DNA of 64,000 nt from Eledone cirrhosa (GCA_964016885.1 OZ024746.1:77934001-77998000); one strand, 5' to 3'. Positions 1 through 12,664 are shown, numbered from the stretch's first letter. Program-made: numbers and translations. Notes: generated from the sequence alone by a model not told the origin.

Positions 1-262
1 ATATATGTGCGTGTGTATATATATATGTGAATATATATGTATATATGTGTGTCTGTGTATATATATGTGTGTGTGTTTGTATATATGTATGTGTGTATAT
101 GTGAATATATATATATATGTGTATCTATGTATGTATGTGTGTATATATATATATACATATGTGTGTGTATGTATATATATATATATGTATATGTGTGTAT
201 ATATATGTATGTATATGTTTGTGTATATATATATATGTATTGTGTGTGTGTGTATATACATG

Positions 263-293
<31 letters not shown>

Positions 294-385
294 TTATGTT
301 ATTATTTGCTCTTCATTTCCCATAGACTATAATAGATAAGGCAACTACTTAATATTTTTTCTACAGCTTATATATATATATATAT

Positions 386-428
<43 letters not shown>

Positions 429-722
429 CACATATATATGTGTGTGAGTCTGTTTACATATATCATATTCACAGCTATATAGTCGCCCCCACTCTACACA
501 CACATACAAACGCACGTAGGCATACAGACATGTTGTGTTATATATACTTTTGACTGTGTTATATATATATGTGTGTGTTTGAGGAACACACATGCATATT
601 CACATACATGCATACATGTACATAGGCACACACTTGAATAAACATTCACACAACCTCACTTATTTACTTATTACACACCCTACCCGTCCATGAGCTAATG
701 TAAATCCAAGTTATACATCCGC

Positions 723-834
<112 letters not shown>

Positions 835-890
835 TGTGTGTGTGTGTAGTTTCTCTCGCTCTCTCTCCCTATATATATATATATATATAT

Positions 891-1095
891 ATGGTGGCTG
901 CCAACTCGTTTTCGAGTACGGCCACTACTTTATATCCATGTAGGAGAACTCCTACCGATGCGCTGAACGAGTGTGACTTTTTAGTCCAGCCAGCGACTTG
1001 AAAACTCTGGTACAAACACTACACTTGTGACAATTATTGACACATAGTGCTGGGCCCATGGTGCCATGTGACGACAAGTGCAGAGAGATCTCCAG
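891..1095 (-). mobile_element. 3' fragment of RTE-type LINE encoding a terminal C2H2 finger
   Basis: Minus strand translates ...[26 protein letters not shown], then a CTCG-aaaa-CGAG hairpin and an (AT)n tail. Copies at 28021 and 48941. Confidence 0.75.
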
Positions 1096-1144
1096 TCATA
1101 TATATATATATATATATGAATACATACATATATATATATATATG

Positions 1145-1267
<123 letters not shown>

Positions 1268-1306
1268 TCAAAATATTAACAAAATAGACATTCTTGTGAT
1301 CAATTA

Positions 1307-1373
1307 TATTTTATTATACATATTTCAGAGGTACTGAGTTAAGTTTAACAGTACGTCCTCATCAGATAAAATA
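1307..1373 (-). ncRNA. Type I hammerhead ribozyme, Penelope-like minimal type (family A), intact core
   Basis: Minus strand reads UAUUUUAU-CUGAUGA-GGAC GUACUG..CAGUAC CUCU-GAA-AUAUGUAU-A-AUAAAAUA. This gives a perfect 8-bp stem I, the canonical core, a paired stem II, a short stem III and an AUA cleavage triplet. Confidence 0.85.
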
Positions 1374-1497
1374 GGATGATGCATGACATACCCTGACATA
1401 GTAGATGGTTAAGATTCAGTCATGGTAGTGATTAACATGAGACAAAACTCAATATTGATACCCTAATATTGAGAACATGAGATAGCATAATACAAAC

Positions 1498-1681
1498 AAT
1501 AGAGAGGGTGCGTGTAATACAGCTTAAAAAATACATGACATCAATATAAGTAAAAAATTTAAAAAAAAAAAACTACTGAAGAAAGAGGAGGGAAAGGAAA
1601 GCATAGTTTAAAAAAAATGTTTTTAACTGTTATATTGATGCCATGTATTTTTTAATGTGTATTACACGCACCCTCTCTATT
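1498..1681. repeat. Imperfect inverted repeat, ~50-bp arms
   Basis: aatagagagggtgcgtgtaatac...catcaatataa pairs with ttatattgatg...gtattacacgcaccctctctatt. Confidence 0.85.
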
Positions 1682-1751
1682 AACATACATTCTACTATTG
1701 GACTCGCTTACTCTTAAGAAATATAAAAAAATATATATGTATCATCATTTA

Positions 1752-1833
<82 letters not shown>

Positions 1834-1971
1834 CGTACATATACACACACGATGTGTATATATGTATATATACCATAACTTAGCTTAACTACTTTGCTCT
1901 TCTTTGTGTGTGCGTGTGTATATATATATACGATATTAAACAAATGGAAACTATATTTATAAAACCATATT

Positions 1972-2037
1972 TATTTCATTATACATATTTCAGGGATACC
2001 ATATTAAAAATATGGCATGCCTTCGTCAGATAAAATA
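1972..2037 (-). ncRNA. Type I hammerhead ribozyme (family A), left arm of palindrome
   Basis: Exact reverse complement of the motif at 2179-2244. Confidence 0.85.
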
Positions 2038-2178
2038 CAATATATAACCAGTTTTATAAATAATTTTGACGCACCATAAATATAGCGACCATTAATGTAC
2101 TACCAAGCCAGCCTCCCACATTAATGGTCGCTATATTTATGGTACGTCAAAATTATTTATAAAACTGGTTATATATTG

Positions 2179-2244
2179 TATTTTATCTGACGAAGGCATG
2201 CCATATTTTTAATATGGTATCCCTGAAATATGTATAATGAAATA
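2179..2244 (+). ncRNA. Type I hammerhead ribozyme (family A), intact core
   Basis: TATTTTAT-CTGACGA-AGGCATGCCATATT ttt AATATGGTATCCCT-GAA-ATATGTAT-A-ATGAAATA. Stem I is 8 bp (one GU) and stem II has 14 positions with one C-C mismatch. Predicted cleavage is after A2236. Confidence 0.88.
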
Positions 2245-2372
2245 AATATGGTTTTATAAATATAGTTTCCATTTGTTTAATATCGTATATCTACTCCCAA
2301 AACTTGTCGAGTGCTTTATATCAGTTATAAAATATTTACTTGTTGTAACCCAACAATTTTAAATAAAACTTT

Positions 2373-2421
<49 letters not shown>

Positions 2422-2895
2422 TATAATATATATATATGTGTGGATGTGTTGTCTGTGAGTGGATACGTTTTACTCTATGCTGCTTCTGTTGCCCTTTCTG
2501 GGCCTTTTTCTTCCTCCACTCCAACTCCAACCCTTTCCCTCTGTCCACATACCTCCCCCACTCCTACCCCCGTCCTACTACCACCTCCCCCGTCACTCAG
2601 CAGGTGTTACTGCTACTCCCATAATCAACACTCTTCACACATGCAAAGACATTATTAGGAGTTGGCTTAGTGAACACAGCAGCTCACCACCAGAATGACA
2701 AATAGACACATACGCCTGGGGTGGGGGTAGTGGGGGGGGGTAGTGGTGGTGATGGGGCTCCAGAGATTGGGTGATGGTGGAGTGTGGACCGCTAAGTACT
2801 GCTACTACTACTGTGACTACATATAAAAACACCCATGTCCCACACCACCACATGTATGACAGCTAAAGCGAGGGGAAGGGTGGAGGACCTCTAAT

Positions 2896-2936
<41 letters not shown>

Positions 2937-3062
2937 GTACCACTGATAGTGTTACAACAATAAAAACCACTACCACTGTACCACAAACAACAACTACCAC
3001 TAGTTTTACAATAAAACCCATCACTGTACCAGCCACTATAAGAAGCAAATGTATATATATAT

Positions 3063-3126
<64 letters not shown>

Positions 3127-3166
3127 ATATATTAACAAATAGAAACTATATTTATAAAACCATATT

Positions 3167-3232
3167 TATTTCATTATACATATTTCAAGGGCCACCAAGG
3201 CAGATTATGGTGCGCTTTCATCAGATAAAATA
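3167..3232 (-). ncRNA. Type I hammerhead ribozyme (family A), intact core
   Basis: Minus strand reads UAUUUUAU-CUGAUGA-AAGCGCACCA..UGGUGGCCCUU-GAA-AUAUGUAU-A-AUGAAAUA. Flanks match 1933-2060, but the stem II sequence is different and still pairs. Confidence 0.85.
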
Positions 3233-3308
3233 TAATACAGATTAGTTTTATAAATAAATATTGACATACCCTGAAAAAATGCAACCTTAACGGTTGGAGT
3301 CTCCTGAC

Positions 3309-3340
<32 letters not shown>

Positions 3341-3495
3341 TTATGTTTATTTATGTGTGTAGATGATTTCATAAGAATAAAACAGTTTTAGTCCTGTAGG
3401 AGCCATTTCTATATTAAATTATGATGTTTACATGCTACTAATGTATTGAGTACCTTTTAAACTGTGATTACCCCTCCACCTCTCCTGATTTCATT

Positions 3496-3538
<43 letters not shown>

Positions 3539-3549
3539 CGTAAATGTGT

Positions 3550-3600
<51 letters not shown>

Positions 3601-3688
3601 ATGTATATGTTTGTGGTATGTATTATATACAAGTGTATATATATGCATGTATCTATAAATTTGTGTGTATATATGTGTGTGTGTGTAT

Positions 3689-3721
3689 TACTCCTGAAGA
3701 AGGGCTTATGCCCGAAACGTC
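3689..3721 (+). ncRNA. Minimal hammerhead core (family B) lacking the 3' strand of stem I
   Basis: CTGAAGA-A-GGGC ttat GCCC-GAA-ACGT-C. The sequence after GTC (cccctcccc) cannot pair with the upstream tactc. Confidence 0.65.
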
Positions 3722-3823
3722 CCCCTCCCCCCACACTCTCAAAAACGTGAACCTAATAAACCTTTATTTGTCTGCCTCCCTGTTTTGTTCCCGTATAAAT
3801 TTGCACTAATATCTACACACATA

Positions 3824-3896
<73 letters not shown>

Positions 3897-3935
3897 ATAT
3901 ATATATATGTATGTATATGTATATGTATATATATG

Positions 3936-4010
<75 letters not shown>

Positions 4011-4021
4011 GTATGTATGTG

Positions 4022-4062
<41 letters not shown>

Positions 4063-5004
4063 ATGTAGATAAACTACCTTCCTCCTCATCCCTACCACCT
4101 GCCCATCCCCAAACCCCCTCTTTCTTATAACACCCACCTCATACCTCAATCACCCAGCCAGCCCCACACCCCGTATATATATGAGGGTGGCTATCTAAGG
4201 TGGGATGGGATAAAGAGTATCTAAATATGTAGGTGGGGTTTAGTTAGTTTACAAGGAAAGAATGAATTTGTCAGGAATGACGTGTATAGAAGGAGCAGGT
4301 GGAGGGGGCGTCGTGTTTATATGCATGTGTGAACATGAGGTTTTAAAGGTGGAAGGACAGACAGCTCAGGGGGGTTTTTTTGTTATGGAGGGAATTTTTA
4401 GAAGGTTTTTGTTTGGCTGGAGGGAAAGCATTTCAGGTAAAAAAATTAAAAAAAAAAAAAAAAAGTGTGTTGCTTTGTTATTTTGTTCCAACCAGGTGCA
4501 TATTTATGGTGGTAATGGTGGTAGTGGGGTTAGGGGGGGGGGGGGCTATATTGTGTGTTAGGTGAAAGGTGGTGATTTTTTTTCGTGTGATGTCAATGTG
4601 CTAGCACGGTGGTGGGTGGGGTGAATGATTGTAGTGTGAAGGGGGGGGGGGGGTTGTAGAGAAGGAACTGCAATATGGCGGGAGGGTGTCAAATTGTTTT
4701 TTATTTTTTTAAATGTTGTGTGTGGTGTGGAATAACTAGTAAAGAGAGAGGCTGTAGTCCTGTGATTCTCACAACTCAGAAAACCTCCAGTCACATTCCC
4801 CACCTTAATTGTAATCCCACGTTTCCTTAATTTCTTTGCCATTTTAAATTGTCATCTTGTCACCCAAGCACCCTATTAAGACGATCAAGCTTCTCAAACT
4901 TTAATTATTTTATAGACCCAAATTGGATTAAATCTGAAGTGGCAAGAGTTTATTTTGTGTGTGTGTGTGTATGTGTGTGTCTTCTCCTTCTTCACCTACT
5001 TATT

Positions 5005-5212
5005 CATAGGGCAGAGTCCTCAAGCATGCCTTCCAGCAGGTCCTGTCAGTAGCAACCATCTCCAGTTAATTCAGCTGGATCCTTAAGCACAGTCAGCCAA
5101 GCTCTTGTATGTTATCTAGCCATGTTGCTCGGAATTTACCCCTGGCGCTCCCGTGGTCTGTTTTGCCCATAAAATTGGTCCAGTGATTGCCTTCTGAGAT
5201 ATTCTAACCACA
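5005..5212 (-). mobile_element. Decayed RTE-clade LINE ORF 3' end
   Basis: Aligns by eye to 36335-36540 (cagagtcctcaa...ttctaaccacat). Confidence 0.6.
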
Positions 5213-5232
5213 TATCTGTAATATCAGAGCTC

Positions 5233-5288
<56 letters not shown>

Positions 5289-5339
5289 CTGTTAATCCAT
5301 AACCTCCTGTATAGTTGGGTGTTTGTTAGTTTGATATAA

Positions 5340-5460
5340 TATAATGAAAAGTATTGTGTACACTGCTCAGGTGCACTACAACTCATCAAAGGTGCATGTA
5401 TAGTACATAGAATAATGTGCAAATGTCAGGAAAGTGAACAGTGTATGAGCCGTGATATAC
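5340..5460 (-). mobile_element. 3' UTR fragment of the same CR1-like element
   Basis: tgctcaggtgcactaca-ctcatcaaaggtgcatgtatagtacatagaata is shared with 38970-39030. Confidence 0.6.
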
Positions 5461-5669
5461 ACAAAGATACATACATGCATATATTGGTATCTTTCTTTAG
5501 ATGATGGATAGATACATAGATAGATATGTTTCTTTATTTGCCACAAGGGCGCACAAGAAAAGGGGACAATACAAAGACATATGGCAGGGATTTTACACAC
5601 AGATAGATATATTGGTATCTTTCTTTAGATATATTGTTAGATAGATAGATAGATGGATGGATGGATAGA

Positions 5670-6188
5670 TGGATTTCTTTATTTGCCACAAGGGTGCACA
5701 AGAAAAGGGGACAATACAAAGACATGCCGGGGATTTTACACGCAGTCGTGTAAAAAATATAAAAACAAACAATTATAACAATCGAAATCCTCAATAGCGG
5801 GGAGGCGTCACAAATGGGTTGTTTAATACCCCGTCGATAGAACAACCCTCAACTTCAGGAGCGTGTTGTGCAAGTGCTCCTTTCTTCCCTTTGCTCTCTT
5901 CCTCAACCTACAGGCTTATAAACAGAGAAGGCCCAATTACTCGGGCCATTTTCGCTTCATTCACCCACCTTTCAGTAAATTTAGTGGGGTGCAGTGCCTC
6001 TCTCTCCACCCTGATTCTCCTTCTAAAGTGATACTTAAAGAAGGGAATCAATTGTTATCCGGAGAGAAAGGCATCTGTCCTCAGTCCTCTCAACCTCGTC
6101 CACCATATAACTTCTTTCACCATAGCCACCGTACAGAGGAAAACCGCCTGTCTTTCGTTTTTGAAAGAGGCTGGCGGTTTGATCCTTA
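5670..6188 (-). mobile_element. 5'-truncated Tx1/L1-like LINE (ORF2 C-terminus plus 3' UTR)
   Basis: Minus strand reads VFLCTVAMVKEVIWWTRLRG...SG*QLIPFFKYHFRRRIRVEREALHPTKFTERW...ISL*, and the UTR ends in aataaagaaatc(catc/tatc)n. Clade assignment is from recalled motif similarity. Confidence 0.6.
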
Positions 6189-6718
6189 CTAGATAGATAG
6201 ATAGATAGATAGTAAAAAAAGCTCTGACAAAGTGTTGAAGAGGCTAAGTATGAGTAAGCTCGTTTAGTTTTATATTGAAATGGTTGGAGAAAATTGTTGG
6301 AAAATAGTTCAGAGTGTGTGTGTGTGTGTGTGTGTATATCTCTCTCTCTCTCTGTATGTGTGTTTACTTTTGTTGGTTGGTGAAAAAGACTGTTGTGTGT
6401 GTAAATATGGTAGCTGGAGTCAGAGACAGTATGAGAGTGTAAACCAACCAACACCACACCATCCTCTTCACTCTGGTGTTGGTGTATATCATACACTTGA
6501 TCTATGTATTCAAGCTGAAACTATCCAAACATTGTCTCACTTACTCCCTCCCTCCATCTCTCCCTTTCTCTCTTACACTCACCTTCTCCACTCCACCCCC
6601 CACTCACACTCACCTTCTCATGCTCACACACCCAGACATTCTCATGCATTAGTTAAAAGTAGTGTAGGAAGGCCAAATAAGTGTTGTTTTTTAATGTGAG
6701 TTCCCAAAACATTGAAAC

Positions 6719-7733
6719 TGTGGTGGTGGTGGTGGTGGTGGTGGTGGTGTTAGTGATGGCTGTAGTAGTGGTGGTGGTGGTGGTGGTGGTGTTAGTGATG
6801 GCTGTAGTAGTGGTGGTGGTGGTGGTGGTGTTAGTGATGGCTGTAGTAGTGGTGGTGGTGGTGGTGGTGGTGTTAGTGGTGGTGGTGTTAGTGATGGCTG
6901 TAGTAGTGGTGGTGCTGATGGTGGTTGTGGTGGTGATGGTGTTAGTGATGGCTGTAGTGGTGGTGGTAGTGGTTGTGATGGTGTTAGTGATGGCTGTGGT
7001 GGTGCTGGTGGTGATGGTGTTAGTGATGGCTGTGGTGGTGCTGGTGGTGATGGTGTTAGTGATGGCTGTAGTAGTAGTGGTGGTGGTGGTGGTGGTGTTA
7101 GTGATGGCTGTAGTAGTGGTGGTGGTGGTGGTGGTGGTGTTAGTGGTGGTGGTGTTAGTGATGGCTGTAGTAGTGGTGGTGCTGATGGTGGTTGTGGTGG
7201 TGATGGTGTTAGTGATGGCTGTAGTGGTGGTGGTAGTGGTTGTGATGGTGTTAGTGATGGCTGTGGTGGTGCTGGTGGTGATGGTGTTAGTGATGGCTGT
7301 GGTGGTGCTGGTGGTGATGGTGTTAGTGATGGCTGTAGTAGTAGTAGTGGTGGTGGTGGTGGTGTTAGTGGTGGTGCTGGTGGTGGTTGTGGTGGTGATG
7401 GTGTTAGTGATGGCTGTGGTGGTGGTGTTAGTGATGGCTGTAGTAGTGGTGGTGGCTGTGGTGATGGTGTTAGTGATGGCTGTAGTAGTAGTAGTGGTGG
7501 TAGTGGTGGTGTTAGTGGTGGTGCTGGTGGTGGTTGTGGTGGTGATGGTGTTAGTGATGGCTGTGGTGGTGGTGGTGATGGTGTTAGTGGTGGTGGTGGC
7601 TGTGGTGATGGTGGTGATGGTGATGGTGTTAGTGATGGCTGTAGTAGTGGTGGTGATGGTGTTAGTGATGGCTGTAGTAGTGGTGGTGGCTATGGTGGCG
7701 GTGGTGTTGGTGGTGATGGTGGTGGTAGTGGTT
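6719..7733. repeat. (GGT/GTA/GAT) compound trinucleotide satellite
   Basis: gtgttagtgatggctgtagtagtg recurs among (GGT)n runs. Confidence 0.95.
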
Positions 7734-7864
7734 TTTAAAATTTTTTTTTTACTTTTTTTACTTAGTGTTTTTTTCTTGTTTCTTTTGTATGTTTATTTTT
7801 CTTTTGTCCTTTTTTAGTATTATTTAGTTCCCGGACATTGGTACCACCTCCATAATCACCAAAA

Positions 7865-8360
7865 TAATTGTTTCTACTTTTTGGCACAAGGCCAGCAATT
7901 ACCAGTGCATTACTGGTACTTTATTTTATCGACCCCGTAAGAATGAAAAGCAAAGTTAACCTCGGCGGGATTCGAACTCAGATAGGGACAAGGCCAGTAA
8001 TTTGGGGAAAGTCGATTAAATCGGCCTCAGTGCATTACTGGTACCTTATTTTATTGACCACGTAAGGATGAAAGGCAAAGCTGACCTAGGCAGGATTTGA
8101 ACTCAAAATGTAAAGGGCCGTAACTCAATGCCATAAAACGTTGTCCGACGTTCCACCAATACTACTACTACTACTAATAATAATAATAATGGTTTCTTAT
8201 ATAGGCACAAGGCCAGCAATTTTGGTAGGGGTCTATTAAATCGACCCCAGTACGTGACTGGTACTTTATTTTATCGACCTTGTAAGGATGAAAGGTAAAG
8301 TTAACCTCGGCGGAATTTGAACTCAAACTGTAAAGGGCTGTAACTCTATGCTGCAAAACA
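7865..8360 (-). mobile_element. Three adjacent tRNA-derived SINE copies (Meta-like central domain)
   Basis: Repeated ggtactttattttatcgacc..aaggatgaaaggcaaag..aacctcggcggga.ttgaactca. The domain name comes from recalled consensus. Confidence 0.75.
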
Positions 8361-9106
8361 TGATAATGATAATCAACATGCTTGTCACCTTTTCCATTCA
8401 CTTTTCCTTCTATGCTGGTATGGGTTGGAGGGAGCAGTTTTTTGTTTGTTTGAAGGGGGGGGGGGCAGTGTTTTATGGGTTATTTTTTTTTTTAATTGGA
8501 TGCTTTCCCTGACACCAACCCATTTTATTTTTTAGTAAACTGAAATGACATGCAGAGATATACAGTGTACCTATTGTAAAAACTGGAATACAAATGAGGG
8601 GTCTTGTTAATGTGTTGAGTTTCATGTTCTGTATCTATCTGTACATTTTATTTTTTAAATGTTGTTAAGGGGTTTTGGCCTTCAAGTCATTCCTGATTAA
8701 CCAATCTTTTGATCAAAGAATGTTTCAGCCATGACCATCCAGTCTTTTATTATGATGTAATATATATTGAGAGTGGTCACTTCCTACATGCCAACCTTTG
8801 CAGGACTAGTTGAATTACTAGAGGTCCCTAATTTGTATATTTGAGAAAGGCTACCTCACTTCTCAGATGCCAACTTTCACTTTGGTTGAGATTGAATTTC
8901 TGCATGCTAATATTTGTAGAAGGTGGAGGACAATGGCCAGAGACGGAGACTTAAAAAGGTGACAATAATCTCTGATGAAGGGAAGATGGAATGAAAAAAA
9001 TATATTTAAGTCATTTTGTATAGAGGAGACTCAATATACAGAAGAATTACTTTGGTAACCTTCTGAAACTTCTGTTTCTATGATTTAAAACCGTTTATAT
9101 TATGTG

Positions 9107-9310
9107 AAGGCGTGTGGCTGAATGGTTAGAGAATTGGATTCGCAATCGTAAGGTTGTGAGTTCGATTCCTGGACCAGGCGATGCGTTATGTCCTTGAGCA
9201 AGACACTTTATTTCACGTTGCTCCTTCTACCTGGAGTTGCGACCGATAGATAGTATTAGCAATTAGAAAGACCAACGGAAACATTGTTCCCTTGGTCCGA
9301 TTTGACGAAA
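9107..9310 (+). mobile_element. tRNA-derived CORE-like SINE, second subfamily
   Basis: tggctgaatgg A box, gagttcgattcc B box and gtccttgagcaagacact. The body is shared with 49628-49792. Confidence 0.75.
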
Positions 9311-9338
9311 GTCGATCGTTCCTTGATATTATATTTGA

Positions 9339-9568
9339 TTAACCCTTTAACATTTAAACCAGCTGTATCCAGCCAGAATTCTCTCACCTCTTTCTGTTCA
9401 AACCTGTTATATAATTGGCTGCTCATTCTTATGATAAGGTATTGTTCTCAAAATAAATAATATCAAAATCTCATCAATCCGATATTATGTGAGATAATTA
9501 TGCGAGATAAGTGTTTACCGTGAAAATACAATAGTACATATAGATTGATGTAAATGCTAAAGAGTTAA
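9339..9568. mobile_element. ~225-bp MITE, TTAA-flanked, piggyBac-like termini
   Basis: TTAA|CCCTTTAACATTTA...TAAATGCTAAAGAG|TTAA. Six copies in the window. Confidence 0.75.
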
Positions 9569-10091
9569 AACCCTTTCACCATAATTCTATGTAAGAACCT
9601 TTAAGTTATGCTCCAAACTTCAATTTTAAAATGAGAAAGTTACATTACTAAATCTCTCAAAATACTTCATTTTTTTCAAGTTGATTTTGAAAATTATAGG
9701 CAATGTCTTCCATTAGAAATATGAAAAGGTTAAACTGTTTATATTTATCTCAAACTCTTTCATCATAATTTTCCATAGGAACTCTTATGTTCCAAAAGAC
9801 TAGATAAATAATGAGAAAATTATTTTACTAAATCTATTGAAATTCTCGTTTATTTTCAAAAATATCAGAAAATTAGAAATATGGTAATGAAAGAATAAGA
9901 ATGTTTTGAATAATGAATGGGAGGTGTGCCAGTTCTCTGTGGTGTAATACTGTCAATAGACTTCCACTGCTTAATTCATTCTTGGAATTAAAAAATAAAC
10001 AGACCATAATCCAGCTTGTTTTCTATTTATTTACATGTATATTTATTGGTAAACTTCCATTCTCTAATTGAAATATCTATAGAGTTTCCTT

Positions 10092-10132
<41 letters not shown>

Positions 10133-10405
10133 ATGTATGTATGTATGTATGTATGTAATGTATGTATGTGTGTGTGTGTGTGTGTGTGTTTGTTTGTTTG
10201 TTTGTTTGTTTGTTTGTATGTATGTGAATTGTCTTTTGGGTCTTAGAAGACAGATACACATTCTCTCTCTCTCTCACACACACACACATTCACTACCATG
10301 AGGATAATGTATGTGTGTGTGTATATATGTGTGTGTATATATGTATGTATGTGTGTATATATGTATCTGTGTGTGTATATATATATATATATATATGTAT
10401 ATGTA

Positions 10406-10470
<65 letters not shown>

Positions 10471-10784
10471 CATATATATAAAACACATGGCAAACTAGAA
10501 TGTACCTTCATAGGTACTCGAAGTTTCCTGAAGCAAACTAATGTTATTGCTGCTTTATTTGTCAGCCGAAATACACACACACACTCGTGCACACACACAC
10601 ACTCGTGCACACATGCACACACACATATATCTGTATACAAAAATATGTATACGCATGTGCGTTATGCAAACAAGGATAAGTAGATTACATACACACACAC
10701 ACTCACTATGAATACATACACACACACACACACACACACATACATATTACCATATATATATACATACATACACACACACTATGA

Positions 10785-10815
<31 letters not shown>

Positions 10816-11414
10816 TATATATAGATACATACACACATCCATCTATACATAGATACACACACACTCACTATGAATACACACACACATCCATCTATACATA
10901 GATACACACACACTCACTATGAATACACACACACACACATATACATACATATATACATTCATGCATACACACACACACACACACACACATCCATCCATAC
11001 ATAGATACACACACACATACATCCATACATAGATACACACACACACATACATACATAACACGCACACATACATCCATACACACACACATCCATACATACA
11101 TACACACACACATACATACATACACACACACATCCACAGATACACACACACACATACATACACAAACACATATTCACACAGCTCCCCTTCTCCGCCACCC
11201 TGCCTCTCCTCCCCTACTCCCTATCTCTCCTCCCCTACTCCCTATCTCTCCTCCCCTACTCCCTATCTCTCCAATAGTTCGGTACCCACGTGTTTCATGA
11301 AAGAAGAAAAAAAAAAATGATTTGTTACAGGAAATAGCCTTGTTAGACATATTTTGATATGACGATTTTTTTTTTTCTGTCATTTTTTTTTTTTTACTTC
11401 GTTGTTGACTCAGG

Positions 11415-11480
<66 letters not shown>

Positions 11481-11557
11481 CACACAAACTCACACACACA
11501 CACACATACACACACACACATATATATATATATAGATTCATACATGTAGAACAACTC

Positions 11558-11633
<76 letters not shown>

Positions 11634-12167
11634 GTAAAATTATGAAGAGCATATCTTTCTTTCTCTCTCTATCATCAAAGAAGGATTTTTCAATTGATTT
11701 CTAATTGCTTAACCAGGCAATTTATATATAAGTAGGTTTACTTATCCCTCTCACCTCTCCCCTCTCTCTCTCACAAACACATAGTGAGTCTGCTATCTAA
11801 TGATGTACTGAGAAAAAGAGAGTTCAATATATACATGCAGATATATCATCATCACCGTTTTTCGTCCATTCTTCCGTGCTAGCATGGGTTAGACGGGTTG
11901 TCCTGTTGCGAGCAATGCCGGGTCGGGTGACCATGTTTTGCCCATACGGGAACTGATTTTGGCTTAATTTCTACAGCTAGATGCCCTTCCTAACACCAAC
12001 CTCCTTTACAGTGCGTACTGGGTGCTTTTTTGCCGTGGCACCTCCACGACCACTTTGCAGTGGGAGGGGGTCGTGGCATATTGTCTATATGTTTCAGCTT
12101 CAGCTTGTACCCATGGGAAGTCGAGTCTTCTGTATTATTGCATGACGCCAGATATATATATATATAT

Positions 12168-12590
12168 CATCATCATCGTTTAACGTCCATTTTCCACGCT
12201 AGCATGGGTCTGGACGGGAATTGTCTCACTTGAGGCAAGATTGGTTGTCTTGCTCAGGACTGTCTGGCGAGTTTTCTATGGCTGGATGCCCTTCCTAACA
12301 CCAACCACATTTACAGTGTGGACTGGGAGATTTTTACCGTGTTACCTACACGGCCACATTACAGAGTGGACTGTGTGTTTTTTTGTCGTGACACCTACAC
12401 GACCTATGTAGGTTTCGCTTTGTACTTAGGCAAGGCGGGTCTTCTGTATTACTACGTAGCGCCAAAGATCTCGGTCTAGTGACATTGTCTCGGAGAGGTG
12501 TAAGTGTGTGCGGCCGGATTTTATCAAGTCCGTCCCAGGTTTTTCTGGGTCTGCCTGCTCCGTAGCTGCCGTCTATTTTGATCGCCCTGC

Positions 12591-12592
<2 letters not shown>
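12168..12592 (-). mobile_element. RTE-type LINE 3' end with (GAT)n tail
   Basis: Minus strand reads KCRAIKIDGSYGAGRPRKTW, then ggttggtgttaggaagggcatccagc...ggaaaatggacgttaaacgatgatgatg. Confidence 0.7.

Positions 12593-12664
<72 letters not shown>

Larger units (their letters stand above)
1926..2290. repeat. Near-perfect palindrome, 173-bp arms, 19-nt loop
   Basis: 1926-2098 is the reverse complement of 2118-2290. One mismatch seen (gacgcacc versus ggtacgtc). Confidence 0.95.

Noticed and set aside
5-600. YI/CV/HT-rich ORFs here and throughout the window
   Set aside because: Artefacts of (TA)n, (CA)n and (TATG)n microsatellites.
6681-7817. 378-aa Val-rich ORF
   Set aside because: Translation of a GGT-based satellite, with no sequence complexity or gene structure.
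8972-9000. CTGATGA...GAAA at 8972
   Set aside because: No pairing for stem II or stem I.
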